DNA of 64,000 nt from an uncultured Candidatus Saccharibacteria bacterium (GCA_964527235.1 CAZGNC010000002.1:14275-78274), one strand, 5' to 3'. Positions 48,473 through 58,086 are shown, counted from the stretch's first letter. Made by a program: numbers and translations. Notes: a model not told the origin generated them from the sequence alone.

Positions 48473-49544
48473 AGTCTCCTAGAGCTAGCCCAAGAGCCGC
48501 CGCCAACGACAGCGCACTCTTGAAACTAATATCCGGAATATGTTTATTAGTATCTTGAATATTAATCCAAACATTGGCCATCTCTACTTTTGTCTTCAAA
48601 CTCACAGACAAATAATCCGCCAAACCAATCAGATTCGAATCTCCGCCACATATCAATATCTTCTCTATTGGGGGGTTACCATTGCCTGCTTCGTCCTTAT
48701 GCGTCTGCCAATACAAAAAATGCTTAGCCACTTCGTCTCGCAGTATCGACACACTATTTAACAACACAGAGAAAACTTCCTTATTTTCTGGATTATTGCG
48801 TTGCAAACCAAGCTTCTTTTTTATTTTATCTGCTTCCTCATAACTAATATTGAAATTCTTCTGAATCATGTTGTTTAGAGTGCTACCTCCAAAGTCTAAA
48901 GTTGAAGTGAACATAGTCACACCTCGAGAAATAATGAATATTCCGGTGCGCTTCTCTCCGAAGTCTACAATCATATGGGTACTCATATCCCCTGTCCTAA
49001 TTACCGCACGAGCTATGGCCTGAGCTTCTATTTCAACGGATTTTACCAAAATAGAAGCATTCTTAAACACAGTTAGGTAATTTTCTATAACATTAGTAGG
49101 TATAGCTGCCACTTGAAGTTGAATACTTTTCTCGTCTTCATCTAGAAGCCTGTAGTCGAAAGTCGCCTCTGGAGCAGACACAGGTATGTACTCTTCTAGG
49201 GAGAGCTCGATACTCTCTCTTATACTCTTGAGCCCTGCTTTTTCTAAACGAAGCTTGAACAGGTAAATCTGGTCTTCAGGTAGAGAAACTCGCACAGACT
49301 TGAGCCCTGACTCTTTTCGTAGCTTAGATAAAATCTCTTCCATCTTTATAGGGTCCTTTATCTTACCTGATTCGATCACCCCAGGAGGAATCTTCTGTTC
49401 ACCATGGGCTACGACATGAATACCGTCTCTGTGTGATACAAGTTTTATAAACTTTAATGACTCATCAGAAATATCAAGACCGAAAGACGGCATCGCCAAA
49501 AAAGACGGAGCAGGGAAAAACCTGTTGAAAGAATTTATAAACAT
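48459..49544 (-). CDS. pilM: type IV pilus assembly protein PilM (actin-like ATPase fold)
   Basis: FGLDISDESLKFIKL...; ASKHA fold with the PilM architecture. Confidence 0.7.
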   Translation of the reverse strand: MFINSFNRFFPAPSFLAMPSFGLDISDESLKFIKLVSHRDGIHVVAHGEQKIPPGVIESGKIKDPIKMEEILSKLRKESGLKSVRVSLPEDQIYLFKLRLEKAGLKSIRESIELSLEEYIPVSAPEATFDYRLLDEDEKSIQLQVAAIPTNVIENYLTVFKNASILVKSVEIEAQAIARAVIRTGDMSTHMIVDFGEKRTGIFIISRGVTMFTSTLDFGGSTLNNMIQKNFNISYEEADKIKKKLGLQRNNPENKEVFSVLLNSVSILRDEVAKHFLYWQTHKDEAGNGNPPIEKILICGGDSNLIGLADYLSVSLKTKVEMANVWINIQDTNKHIPDISFKSALSLAAALGLALGDFEND

Positions 49545-49585
49545 CTTAGTACTAATATTATACGATATCTATTTCGACACCGCTA

Positions 49586-49915
49586 TCATTTTGCGCGAGT
49601 TCCAGCGGGGATATCTTCGTTTGGCGTCAGAAGTGAGAAATTACCTTCGTCAGTTGATACTGCAAGTATCATTCCCTGGCTTTCTAAGCCACGAATTACT
49701 CGCGGTTCTAAATTTGCAACAAACATACATTTCTTCCCTACCAAAACTGAGCAATCTGGAAAATACATAGAGATTCCTGAAACTATCTGCCTAGGATTTT
49801 CTTCGCCCAAGTCTACTGACAAGCGCAATAATTTATCAGTATCTGGCACTTTCTCGGCAGAAAGAATCTTCCCTACTGCAATATCTACTTTTTTAAAATC
49901 TTCAAATGAAATCAT
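49586..49915 (-). CDS. tRNA-binding domain protein (CsaA / Trbp111 / MetRS C-terminal-like OB fold)
   Basis: FKKVDIAVGKILSAEKVPDTDKLLRLSVDLGEE...RQIVSGI matches the tRNA-binding EMAP/CsaA family. Confidence 0.65.
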   Translation of the reverse strand: MISFEDFKKVDIAVGKILSAEKVPDTDKLLRLSVDLGEENPRQIVSGISMYFPDCSVLVGKKCMFVANLEPRVIRGLESQGMILAVSTDEGNFSLLTPNEDIPAGTRAK

Positions 49916-49916
49916 G

Positions 49917-50366
49917 CTATTTGGTATCGTTCTTTTTATTAATTTTATCTAAATACCTCTGCAATATTAAAGCCGCCGCACCCGCATCTACTTTCTCACC
50001 TTTTTTTTCTTTTTGTTTACTGTGTGACTCAGATTTATGCGAATTTGTTTTAGTCGTCGTAGATTTGCGCGCCTCGACTGAAGTCATGAACTCTTTTTGC
50101 TTCCTAATTGGTAAATTAAATCTATTGTGCAACTCATCTATGAATACTCCGATGCGGGCCTGGAGCGCATTCTCTTGGCCACTTAAATCTAGCGACTCTC
50201 CGACAACAATTTCTGTTATGTGGTTACTCTTTATAAGTTCTTCAATCTTTTTAAACACATTAGAATCATTGAGAATGATGACTTTTGGGAATGCTAAGGT
50301 GCCCATCTCATCCGACACAGCCACCCCTATCCTTTTCATTCCATAATCTATTCCCATAAATCTCAT
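49917..50366 (-). CDS. ruvX: Holliday junction resolvase-like RNase H-fold nuclease YqgF/RuvX with a Lys/Ser-rich tail
   Basis: MRFMGIDYGMKRIGVAVSDE...EIVVGESLD; YqgF motifs. Confidence 0.75.
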   Translation of the reverse strand: MRFMGIDYGMKRIGVAVSDEMGTLAFPKVIILNDSNVFKKIEELIKSNHITEIVVGESLDLSGQENALQARIGVFIDELHNRFNLPIRKQKEFMTSVEARKSTTTKTNSHKSESHSKQKEKKGEKVDAGAAALILQRYLDKINKKNDTK

Positions 50367-50400
50367 GCCAAAATACTAGCATAAAATACGCTTTTTTGAT

Positions 50401-50664
50401 ATGATTCCCCAAATGAATCCTTTATTTTTGCAACAAAATATAAGTTGGTTATTACCCCTTATGGTTTGGACATTGTTCTGGAAAGCCTTGGCTTTATGGA
50501 CTAGTGTAAAACAAGAGCAAAAGGGTTGGTTCATAGCAATTCTAGTCTTAAATACTGCAGGTATTCTAGAAATTGTTTATTTCTTCATGATATCAAATAA
50601 GAATATTGCTGATATCAAAACTTTCTTTTCCTTCAAAAGATCAGAGGGTCAGACAACAGAATAA
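50401..50664 (+). CDS. small membrane protein, unknown function
   Basis: 87 aa, two TM helices. Confidence 0.35.
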   Translation: MIPQMNPLFLQQNISWLLPLMVWTLFWKALALWTSVKQEQKGWFIAILVLNTAGILEIVYFFMISNKNIADIKTFFSFKRSEGQTTE

Positions 50665-50668
50665 ATAC

Positions 50669-50753
50669 GGAGGCGTCGCATAGTGGTTTAGTGCACCTGT
50701 CTTGAAAACAGGAGTACCGCAAGGTACCGTGAGTTCGAATCTCACCGCCTCCG
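50669..50753 (+). tRNA. tRNA-Ser (UGA), class II
   Basis: ggaggcg...anticodon loop cuUGAaa...long variable arm agtaccgcaaggtaccgt...gtgag ttcgaat ctcac cgcctcc g. Confidence 0.7.
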
Positions 50754-50788
50754 CTTGAAGTTTTTCAATATCAGAAATATACAAGGAC

Positions 50789-51574
50789 TTAGATAGAGTC
50801 TTCTTTAGACTTGAGTGCTTCCAGATACTTTTCCATACGTTGAATAAGTGTTCTCCCTCTCTTGCCACCCGGGATTAATTCAAGTACGTCTTTATGCTGA
50901 TCGGATAATTTCCAGTAACGTAATGGTTTTACATAGCGAGCTAGTAAATGTTCGGTAATAACGCTGCACACTTCGGTTGAAGACATTAGCATCATAAGAC
51001 CCATCGCTACGGTTTCTTGCTCTTTAGGATCATATAATCCACCTACACATAATGGAGTCGCCGATTTGTGCGGCATAAGGTGTAACACACTCACATGTGT
51101 AAACTTATCACTGAGTGCCCCGTAAAATTGAGCAACAATAGGATGAACTTTTTTCACCTCTTTTATACTGTCAGTTGAATCAAATTTTCCGGGGGTTTTA
51201 GTCAATAACTCAAACCTATCTTTGTTTGCAGCAATGTCATACGCCGTAGCAAATATCTCGAAAGCATTACGTACTAGCATATGTGGCTCTCTGGGATAGC
51301 CAGCTCTAAAAAGACTCAGTGCAGCAAGTAGCGTGTTTAGACCAGTCCAGGATAACACAAATGCATGGAACTCATTATCGGGAATCTTATCCTGATCAGG
51401 ACGGTTAATAACCTGGTATAGCTCGTTGTACGTGTCTGCAAAATCTTCTACAAGATCTTTCAGTTCATCAGCATAGTGTTTGTCGTAGGCTTCCGCAATT
51501 TTAGCCTCATCCTTAAGTGCAGCCCACACAGCATCTTTAGTAATCGGAGGCATAGTAGGTTCCATACATACCAT
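50789..51574 (-). CDS. hypothetical cytoplasmic protein (about 255 aa), unknown function, adjacent to tRNA-Ser
   Basis: No recognisable motifs. Acidic N-terminal region. Confidence 0.35.
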   Translation of the reverse strand: MVCMEPTMPPITKDAVWAALKDEAKIAEAYDKHYADELKDLVEDFADTYNELYQVINRPDQDKIPDNEFHAFVLSWTGLNTLLAALSLFRAGYPREPHMLVRNAFEIFATAYDIAANKDRFELLTKTPGKFDSTDSIKEVKKVHPIVAQFYGALSDKFTHVSVLHLMPHKSATPLCVGGLYDPKEQETVAMGLMMLMSSTEVCSVITEHLLARYVKPLRYWKLSDQHKDVLELIPGGKRGRTLIQRMEKYLEALKSKEDSI

Positions 51575-51744
51575 TATAGTCGTCGTAACGGCAAATTTCT
51601 AGGCATGTTGCAGACATCTTGATAAAACAACTTATCTGGGGTAACCATTATTTATCAATAAATTAGTTCCAACAGCGTTCTAAACTGCCCGCCAAAAACC
51701 AAAATCTCCCTTTGAATACACAAAGCGTGGTGTATAATTAATAC

Positions 51745-52713
51745 ATGCTTAAAAAAGTAGTTCGTTTTGTTTTAGCAACTTTTTTCTTACCATTAATAAC
51801 TCTAGCGCACGTTAAGTGGTTCGCTCACGAAGAAGCCCAAGTTCGTCCCTACGAACTTACCGATACTCCCGTGATAGCAGCAGCCGTGATTGGACTAATC
51901 ATAACTTCAATAGCCTACTACTTAGATAACAAATTAAAGATCCCTGTCTGGCTTAAAAATTTTACAACCAAATGGAGCCCACACGCACTCTCGATAGCTA
52001 GTATTGGTTTCGGTCTTGCTTTCATAATTTTCTCATACAATGGATTCGTCTTTGCCCCAAACCTGTTACCAGAAGGCCCGCTCGCAGGTACACTGCTACT
52101 AATTCAAGCACTAGCCGGTACACTCATACTGCTAGGTCTCTACGAGAGAGTTGGTGGAGTGTTGATACTTCTCTTGTTCGCTCTTTGCGTAAGGCAGTTC
52201 GGTGGCATAGAGATGCTCGACACCCTAGAGATGGTCGGCTTTGCTTTGTATGCAATTATAGTCGGCAGACCAAAATGGAAAATAGCTGATACAAACATAT
52301 TGCAGAAGTTTACTCACCATATTCACGAATACGGAGTACCAATACTACGTGTAGCCACGGGACTAAATCTTATAATCCTTGGTTTTTCAGAAAAAATACT
52401 CACCCCGTCACTGACTGAGAACTTCTTATCGATGTACCACTGGAATTTTATGCAAGCACTGGGCTTTGAGCAATTCACGAATTATTGGTTCGCTTTCTCA
52501 GCTGGTGCAACCGAAGCATTGTTTGGAGTATTGCTGGTTCTTGGTGTAGTAACACGATTAACAACCATAACTTTAGCGGTATTTCTTGTAACAACACTCT
52601 TCCTGCTTGGCCCGACTGAACTTATGGGCCACCTACCACACTTCTCTATCGCTATTGTACTCTTGGTACTTGGTACCGGATCTAAGCTCAGACTACGCAA
52701 AAACGTAGATTAA
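51745..52713 (+). CDS. polytopic membrane protein (possibly DoxX-like), unknown function
   Basis: About 8 TM helices. Promoter TATAAT 6 nt before the ATG (possibly leaderless). Confidence 0.35.
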   Translation: MLKKVVRFVLATFFLPLITLAHVKWFAHEEAQVRPYELTDTPVIAAAVIGLIITSIAYYLDNKLKIPVWLKNFTTKWSPHALSIASIGFGLAFIIFSYNGFVFAPNLLPEGPLAGTLLLIQALAGTLILLGLYERVGGVLILLLFALCVRQFGGIEMLDTLEMVGFALYAIIVGRPKWKIADTNILQKFTHHIHEYGVPILRVATGLNLIILGFSEKILTPSLTENFLSMYHWNFMQALGFEQFTNYWFAFSAGATEALFGVLLVLGVVTRLTTITLAVFLVTTLFLLGPTELMGHLPHFSIAIVLLVLGTGSKLRLRKNVD

Positions 52714-52741
52714 CAATTTATTATTGTGATATAATTTATTT

Positions 52742-53224
52742 GTGGACACACTAGAGAAATTAGAATGGGATGCACTAGAATACGATGAGAAGGATCGAGG
52801 CCAAGATTGGTTCTGGGCTTTGGGTGTTGTTGTTGGCGCAGGATCTATCGCTTCTATTTTATTTCAGAATTATTTCTTCGCTGCCTTGCTTGTCATTGCT
52901 GGGATCATGCTCGGCTTTTTCGCAATTAAAAAACCAGCGACAATTCACTACGAGATCAATAACAAAGGCATCAAGGCTAGAAATAATATTTATACTTTCG
53001 ACAGCATCAAGGCGTTCTGGGTTCGCACCGAACCAAAAGAAAACCAAATCAACCGCCCTACCCTATTCATACACTCTCAAAGATTTTTCATGCCTGTTAT
53101 TTCTATACCTATAGAAATTGAATCAGCTGATATGATTCGTGCGATAATGCTAGAAAAAGAAATCCCTGAAGAAGAAATGCAGGAACATATTTCTGAACAT
53201 CTAATGGAAATACTTGGATTTTAA
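52742..53224 (+). CDS. membrane protein, unknown function
   Basis: 160 aa, two TM helices, then a soluble domain. Confidence 0.35.
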   Translation: MDTLEKLEWDALEYDEKDRGQDWFWALGVVVGAGSIASILFQNYFFAALLVIAGIMLGFFAIKKPATIHYEINNKGIKARNNIYTFDSIKAFWVRTEPKENQINRPTLFIHSQRFFMPVISIPIEIESADMIRAIMLEKEIPEEEMQEHISEHLMEILGF

Positions 53225-53269
53225 TATTTGTATTTTTTTCAATCAACTGCTAATCTAAATTAGCGACAT

Positions 53270-53341
53270 GCCCTCATAGTTCAATGGATAGAATGCGAGC
53301 TTGCGGAGTTTGCGATGTAGGTTCGATTCCTACTGAGGGCA
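53270..53341 (+). tRNA. tRNA-Arg (anticodon tentatively GCG; the anticodon stem needs two G-U pairs)
   Basis: gccctca ta gttc aatggata gaat g cgagc uuGCGga gtttg cgat gtagg ttcgatt cctac tgagggc a. Confidence 0.5.
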
Positions 53342-53415
53342 CAAAATAACAAAATACCCAGTTTCTGGGATTTTTAGAACTATAAAATATAATAAAAATT
53401 CCTCTCTACAGATAC

Positions 53416-53444
53416 TTGACTTTTTGAGTCGGTGGTGATATAAT
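53416..53444 (+). promoter_or_regulatory. consensus sigma70 promoter TTGACT, 17 nt, TGaTATAAT for the GC-rich collagen-like gene
   Basis: cTTGACTttttgagtcggtggtgaTATAATcac; then SD GAGGGGG 7 nt before the ATG at 53514. Confidence 0.55.
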
Positions 53445-53513
53445 CACGAAAGATCCTAAGTGGGGCACCCTGCCCTAATGAACCTTGATTTATGCCCTCC
53501 GAGGGGGCAAAAT

Positions 53514-54296
53514 ATGTGGCTGATCAAGATGCTAGCATTCTGCTTCCTTTGGGCCATCATGGCCGCAGAGGAAGGGCTCCGCCTAGTGGCGGACGCCCTG
53601 AAGGAGTCCTTCGGGACGGCGCTTCTGGGGAGGAAAAACGTACCGTTCTTGGTGTTGGCGCTCATCCTGAGCACAACCCAGCTCGAGGCGCAAGCACCCC
53701 GACGGACCGCAGACAACTCTGTAACCCCCCAGTGCAACCTGGGGACCGACTGGTCGGTCAACAAAAACCGCCCCGTTGCTTCCGACGAGAAGCTCTACCG
53801 CCTCGAAGGCGGTCCCGCCATCGTCGCCCAGCGCGAAGCACCCGGATCGACGCACATCGTCTACCGGCGATGCAATGTACCCCCAGGAACCGAAGCGTAC
53901 TGCAGCATCAGAGGCTGCTGGATCAAGGTCTGTGGCAACGACCTTGGTTCTCCTGAAGGATGGAAGTTCCCCATCGAAATACCGATGGGAGCGCCTGGAG
54001 TGAACGGGCGCGACGGGAAGGATGGACGAGATGGCCGTGATGGACAGATCGTCTACGCTCCCCCTGCATCGACCGCCCTAGTGCCAGACTTCGACGGACG
54101 ATACAAGGTCCGCGGGGATAGGGGCTTCTGGTGTTTCCGTGGTGCAGGTCAAGGTGCATTTTGCACCGCGATCGCCACCACAGCGGTCCTTGTGGCCAAG
54201 AACAACCTGCCACGAAAGGATGACGAGCCCAAGGGCGGCAAGCCCATCGTCGTAACCCTCCCCAACACAATCCTGATGGCGCTGTTGGGTCGATAA
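53514..54296 (+). CDS. GC-rich (about 58% GC) secreted protein with a short collagen-like Gly-X-Y run and several Cys; unknown function
   Basis: Hydrophobic N-terminus MWLIKMLAFCFLWAIMAA. GAPGVNGRDGKDGRDGRDGQ gives six triplets. The start is chosen at the SD-preceded ATG rather than the longer ORF-track start. Confidence 0.45.
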   Translation: MWLIKMLAFCFLWAIMAAEEGLRLVADALKESFGTALLGRKNVPFLVLALILSTTQLEAQAPRRTADNSVTPQCNLGTDWSVNKNRPVASDEKLYRLEGGPAIVAQREAPGSTHIVYRRCNVPPGTEAYCSIRGCWIKVCGNDLGSPEGWKFPIEIPMGAPGVNGRDGKDGRDGRDGQIVYAPPASTALVPDFDGRYKVRGDRGFWCFRGAGQGAFCTAIATTAVLVAKNNLPRKDDEPKGGKPIVVTLPNTILMALLGR

Positions 54297-54414
54297 CATC
54301 TTGCAGGAGGTTGAGTACTGGAAAGGACTCATCTTCCTGTACTCTTCAAAGTTATGAGAACAAAGTCATGATTTTGAAGAGTAAAATATTAGTTTTACTT
54401 TTAATTAAATTATT

Positions 54415-57400
54415 ATGAAAAAAATAAAAACGTTTGCAAAATTATTAATGGTCGCAATTATCGCTTTCGCGGGAGTATTTGCTAATGCAAATCTAGTCCA
54501 GGCTGACTATGCAATACCTGCATGTAACACAGCTACCCTAAACGGAGCGGTAAATCCTAATGGCGCAGTAACTACTGTGTGGTTTGAATGGGGCCCAGGT
54601 TCTTCCATGCCCTATTCGACACCAAAGCAGACTTTCACCACAAGTGGAACTTTCAGCCAAAAAATAAGTGGCCTTCAAGAAAACTCTTCTTACTCTTTCC
54701 AAGCAGTAGCTCAGAATAGTTTCGGCACTTCTTATGGTTCAGTTATTTCTTTCACAACTCAAAACTGTACCCCAACTGTACCAGCTCCAACTGTAAATAT
54801 TTCTGCAGACTCTACCAACCTTTCATACAACGGCGCAACAACAGTTCGCTGGAATTCAACCGATGCTACTTCTTGTTCTGCATCTGGTGGCACAAACGGC
54901 TGGTCAGGAAACAAAGCAACTTCAGGTAGTTTCTATACAGGCAACCTAACATCTAACTCAACTTTCCACATTTCGTGTTCAAACTCTACCGGCTCAGACT
55001 CTGACTCGGTAACAATAAACGTTGCAAGCGCTCCAGTACAGAACCCAACTGTAAGTATTTCTGCTAGTCCTTCTTCTGTAGCATACAACGGTGCAAGTAC
55101 CATATCTTGGAATTCTGCAAACGCAACTTCATGTTCTGCATCTAGTGGTACAAATGGATGGTCAGGAAATAAGGCTCTGTCAGGAAGTTTCTACACCGGC
55201 AACCTAACTAACACTACGACTTTCACTATCACCTGTACTAATAGTTCAGGTCAGCCAGCTTCTGATTCAGTAACTGTGAGTGTAGGTAATGCGCCTGTAA
55301 GTAGCCCTACTGTAAGTATCACCGCTGATAATTCTAACCTCCCCTACAACGGCTCAACAACCATCCGTTGGAGTTCCAACAATGCTACTTCATGTTCTGC
55401 AACTGGTGGCACAAACGGATGGGCAGGAAACAAAGCTCTATCTGGAAGTGCAAGCACTGGATCACTAACAAATTCTCAAACTTACAATATCACCTGTACA
55501 AATAGTTCAGGCTCCGCTAGTGACTCAGTATTTGTAAACGTAGGCAATGCCCCTGTAATAAGTGCTCCTACTGTAAACATAACTGCAGACAGTTCTAATG
55601 TTGCTTATAACGGTTCTACCACTATCCGATGGAATTCTAGTAACGCTACTTCTTGTTCTGCTTCAGGTGGTGTAAATGGTTGGTCTGGCAGTAAGGCATT
55701 ATTGGGAAGTTTCCATACTGGAAGCCTAACAAACGCAGCCACATTTCATATAAATTGTAGTAACAGCAGTGGCTCTGATAACGCTTCTGTAACCGTAAGC
55801 GTAGGAAGTCAGCAGGTACAAATGCCAATCGTCACAATATCTGCAAACCCAAACAACGTGTCCTACAATGGCACAAGTATAATAATTTGGAGTTCCACTG
55901 ACGCAACTTCATGTAACGCTTCAGGCGGCACCAACGGATGGGCAGGTACAAAATCTTTGTACGGCAACTTCAACACCGGAGCGATGACAGGCACTCGAAC
56001 ATTCAACATAACTTGTAGCAACTCTGCAGGGTCCAACAGCGCCTCAGTCACAGTAACTGTCGGAAACCAACAGATTATTAATCCGAACGTAACAATTTAC
56101 GCTGACGATAACGACATAGACGAAGACGACAGCACTATTATCCGCTGGACTTCTAACAACGCAGACTCTTGTTCTGCATCAGGTGGTGCAAATGGTTGGT
56201 CAGGAAGCAAAGCTCTATCTGGAAGCTTCCACACTGGCTCACTATCTAGCAACCGCACATTTAGCATAACTTGTAGTAACGAACAGGGATCAGACTCTGA
56301 TTCTGTAACCATAAATGTAGATGAGGATAATGGATCTTCAGGAGACATCAGTGTTGACCTTACAGCTGACGACACAAGTATCGACGAAGGAGATAATGTA
56401 AGACTTCGATGGGATTCTGACAACGCCGACGACTGTGAAACCATAGGAGGAACAAGCGACTGGAATCGTAAAAACATCGGCACATCTGGCTCATTCACTG
56501 TTAACGATCTTGATGATGATGAAACATTCAAAATCGAATGTACTAACGACGACGGAGATTCTGACACCGACTCTGTAACAGTACGTGTAAGTGGCAACAG
56601 CAATAACAACGACCGCCCTACGGTAGACCTAACTGTTGATCGTTCTGTTATAAATGCTGGCCAAAGCACTACTGTCCGCTGGGATGTAGAAGACGCCGAT
56701 GATTGTTACGCTTCTGGGGGGACAAATGGTTGGTCTGGGAGCAAGAACCGCTCTAGTGGTAGCTTCTCAACAGGCGCTATGTACGGAAGTGCAACATTCT
56801 TCCTTGATTGTGGAAACGATGAAGGTAACGAAAGTGATTCTGTAACAGTACAGGTTGTAAGTACTCCTGTAGTACAACCTCCCCAGACTATATATATCCC
56901 TAGCCCAGCCCCTGCTCCAATAGTAAGAAACACAACAACTTACATAAACACTGGTGGAGTATCTAAGCCTCTTGTAGAGCTTACTATCGACGGTGGCGAT
57001 GATTCTATCTCTACCAACGAAGAACGCATCTATGATGTTGAGTGGAAAAATATAAGCGGTCAAACTCTAAGAAAAGTTGCTCTACGAATAGTATTGCCTG
57101 AGTCTATGACTTTCGAGAATACAAATCGTGGATCTTATACTTCGAAAGATAACACCATCACCCTAGACGTAGACGAGCTTCGTCCTGGTGAAACTGGTGA
57201 TATGCTTTTCACAGCTAGAACCAAATCAACACTACGAAACAATCAGCTTGTTGTGGTTGTAGCCAACATGGTGTACACCGACAACTCTGATACCCAAGGC
57301 GATGTGGTTGCATACGCAACTCACCATGTAGACCTAGGTGGTAGTGTATTAGGAGCGAATGTATTCGGTGCAGGATTCTTCCCTACTACTCTTCTCGGAT

Positions 57401-57504
57401 GGTTGTTCTTCTTACTACTTCTGCTTTTGCTCTTATTGCTAGTGAGATACCTATACGGCAGGCCTGAGCAAAGACATGTAGTTGTTGACGCTGGACATCA
57501 TTAA
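54415..57504 (+). CDS. giant cell-surface protein: signal peptide, Fn3-like domain, about ten tandem ~85-aa Cys-pair repeats, acidic repeats, a DUF11-like domain and a C-terminal poly-Leu TM anchor
   Basis: Repeat unit ...YNG.TTIRW.S.NATSCSASGGTNGWSG.KALSGSF.TG.LT...TF.I.C.N..GS.SDSVTV.VG. C-terminus LLGWLFFLLLLLLLLLLVRY. Confidence 0.7.
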   Translation: MKKIKTFAKLLMVAIIAFAGVFANANLVQADYAIPACNTATLNGAVNPNGAVTTVWFEWGPGSSMPYSTPKQTFTTSGTFSQKISGLQENSSYSFQAVAQNSFGTSYGSVISFTTQNCTPTVPAPTVNISADSTNLSYNGATTVRWNSTDATSCSASGGTNGWSGNKATSGSFYTGNLTSNSTFHISCSNSTGSDSDSVTINVASAPVQNPTVSISASPSSVAYNGASTISWNSANATSCSASSGTNGWSGNKALSGSFYTGNLTNTTTFTITCTNSSGQPASDSVTVSVGNAPVSSPTVSITADNSNLPYNGSTTIRWSSNNATSCSATGGTNGWAGNKALSGSASTGSLTNSQTYNITCTNSSGSASDSVFVNVGNAPVISAPTVNITADSSNVAYNGSTTIRWNSSNATSCSASGGVNGWSGSKALLGSFHTGSLTNAATFHINCSNSSGSDNASVTVSVGSQQVQMPIVTISANPNNVSYNGTSIIIWSSTDATSCNASGGTNGWAGTKSLYGNFNTGAMTGTRTFNITCSNSAGSNSASVTVTVGNQQIINPNVTIYADDNDIDEDDSTIIRWTSNNADSCSASGGANGWSGSKALSGSFHTGSLSSNRTFSITCSNEQGSDSDSVTINVDEDNGSSGDISVDLTADDTSIDEGDNVRLRWDSDNADDCETIGGTSDWNRKNIGTSGSFTVNDLDDDETFKIECTNDDGDSDTDSVTVRVSGNSNNNDRPTVDLTVDRSVINAGQSTTVRWDVEDADDCYASGGTNGWSGSKNRSSGSFSTGAMYGSATFFLDCGNDEGNESDSVTVQVVSTPVVQPPQTIYIPSPAPAPIVRNTTTYINTGGVSKPLVELTIDGGDDSISTNEERIYDVEWKNISGQTLRKVALRIVLPESMTFENTNRGSYTSKDNTITLDVDELRPGETGDMLFTARTKSTLRNNQLVVVVANMVYTDNSDTQGDVVAYATHHVDLGGSVLGANVFGAGFFPTTLLGWLFFLLLLLLLLLLVRYLYGRPEQRHVVVDAGHH

Positions 57505-57520
57505 TTAACTCGAAAATAAA

Positions 57521-57548
57521 AACACCCCGATGAGGGGTGTTTTTATTT
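57521..57548. terminator. bidirectional terminator (aacaccccgatgaggggtgtt plus T-run)
   Basis: 8-bp stem with flanking A-run and T-run, between convergent genes. Confidence 0.55.
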
Positions 57549-57573
57549 TGTTTAATTTTTTTCAAGCAGTCGT

Positions 57574-57831
57574 TTACTTTGCCCAGTCTTTGAGTTCTTC
57601 GTATGAAGCTTCTCCGCAAATCCATTTCTCTGTTTTAGTATTAAAGAAGAATGGCACTCCTCCACAGAATTCTTTATCTAACTCTAGCAGTCTTTTTTCA
57701 TTCTCTTTGTTGTGCCAGACTTCGAGGGCTTCTACCTTGACTCCCTCCTCTTTCTCGAGACGCTCCACGAGCTCATGCATACGCACGCAGTGTGGGCATT
57801 CTGTTCCATAGAATTCTAGGAGATGACTCAT
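57574..57831 (-). CDS. thioredoxin-fold small redox protein (glutaredoxin/NrdH-like, CPHC active site)
   Basis: FYGTECPHCVRM...; 85 aa. Confidence 0.6.
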   Translation of the reverse strand: MSHLLEFYGTECPHCVRMHELVERLEKEEGVKVEALEVWHNKENEKRLLELDKEFCGGVPFFFNTKTEKWICGEASYEELKDWAK

Positions 57832-57834
57832 AGA

Positions 57835-58086
57835 TTATTTAGTGATTTTATAGAGTCTAGCTTTCTTGCGAGCAGCGTTATTCTTCTTGATAACGCCAGA
57901 CTTAGCAGCTTTGTCGATAACAGAAAAGGCGCTAGGAAGCATTTTTAGTCCTTCCTTTTTGTCAGTTTTAGAGACCTTCTCAATTTTCTTGATTACGTCC
58001 TTCATGGCGCGCTTTTTGCGGTCATTGTAGCCCTTCTTTCGAAGAGATCCGCGTATCGCCTTCTTTGCTGATTTGGTTATTGGCAT
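57835..58086 (-). CDS. rpsT: 30S ribosomal protein S20
   Basis: MPITKSAKKAIRGSLRKK...IKKNNAARKKARL matches S20. Confidence 0.8.
   Translation of the reverse strand: MPITKSAKKAIRGSLRKKGYNDRKKRAMKDVIKKIEKVSKTDKKEGLKMLPSAFSVIDKAAKSGVIKKNNAARKKARLYKITK

Noticed and set aside
50641-50868. 75-aa minus-strand ORF overlapping tRNA-Ser
   Set aside because: It is a read-through of the tRNA gene and the GC-rich tRNA sequence, not a protein.
53460-54332. Overlapping ORFs 53492-53956 (+), 53583-53855 (-), 53923-54270 (-), 53776-54003 (+) and 54078-54332 (-) in the GC-rich island
   Set aside because: These are compositional artefacts of high GC. Only the frame with the signal-like N-terminus, SD and promoter is retained.
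54415-57504. Possibility that the tandem DNA repeats are a CRISPR array
   Set aside because: The repeats are ~255-bp protein-coding units in one continuous ORF, with no short direct repeats separated by unique spacers. No cas genes are nearby.
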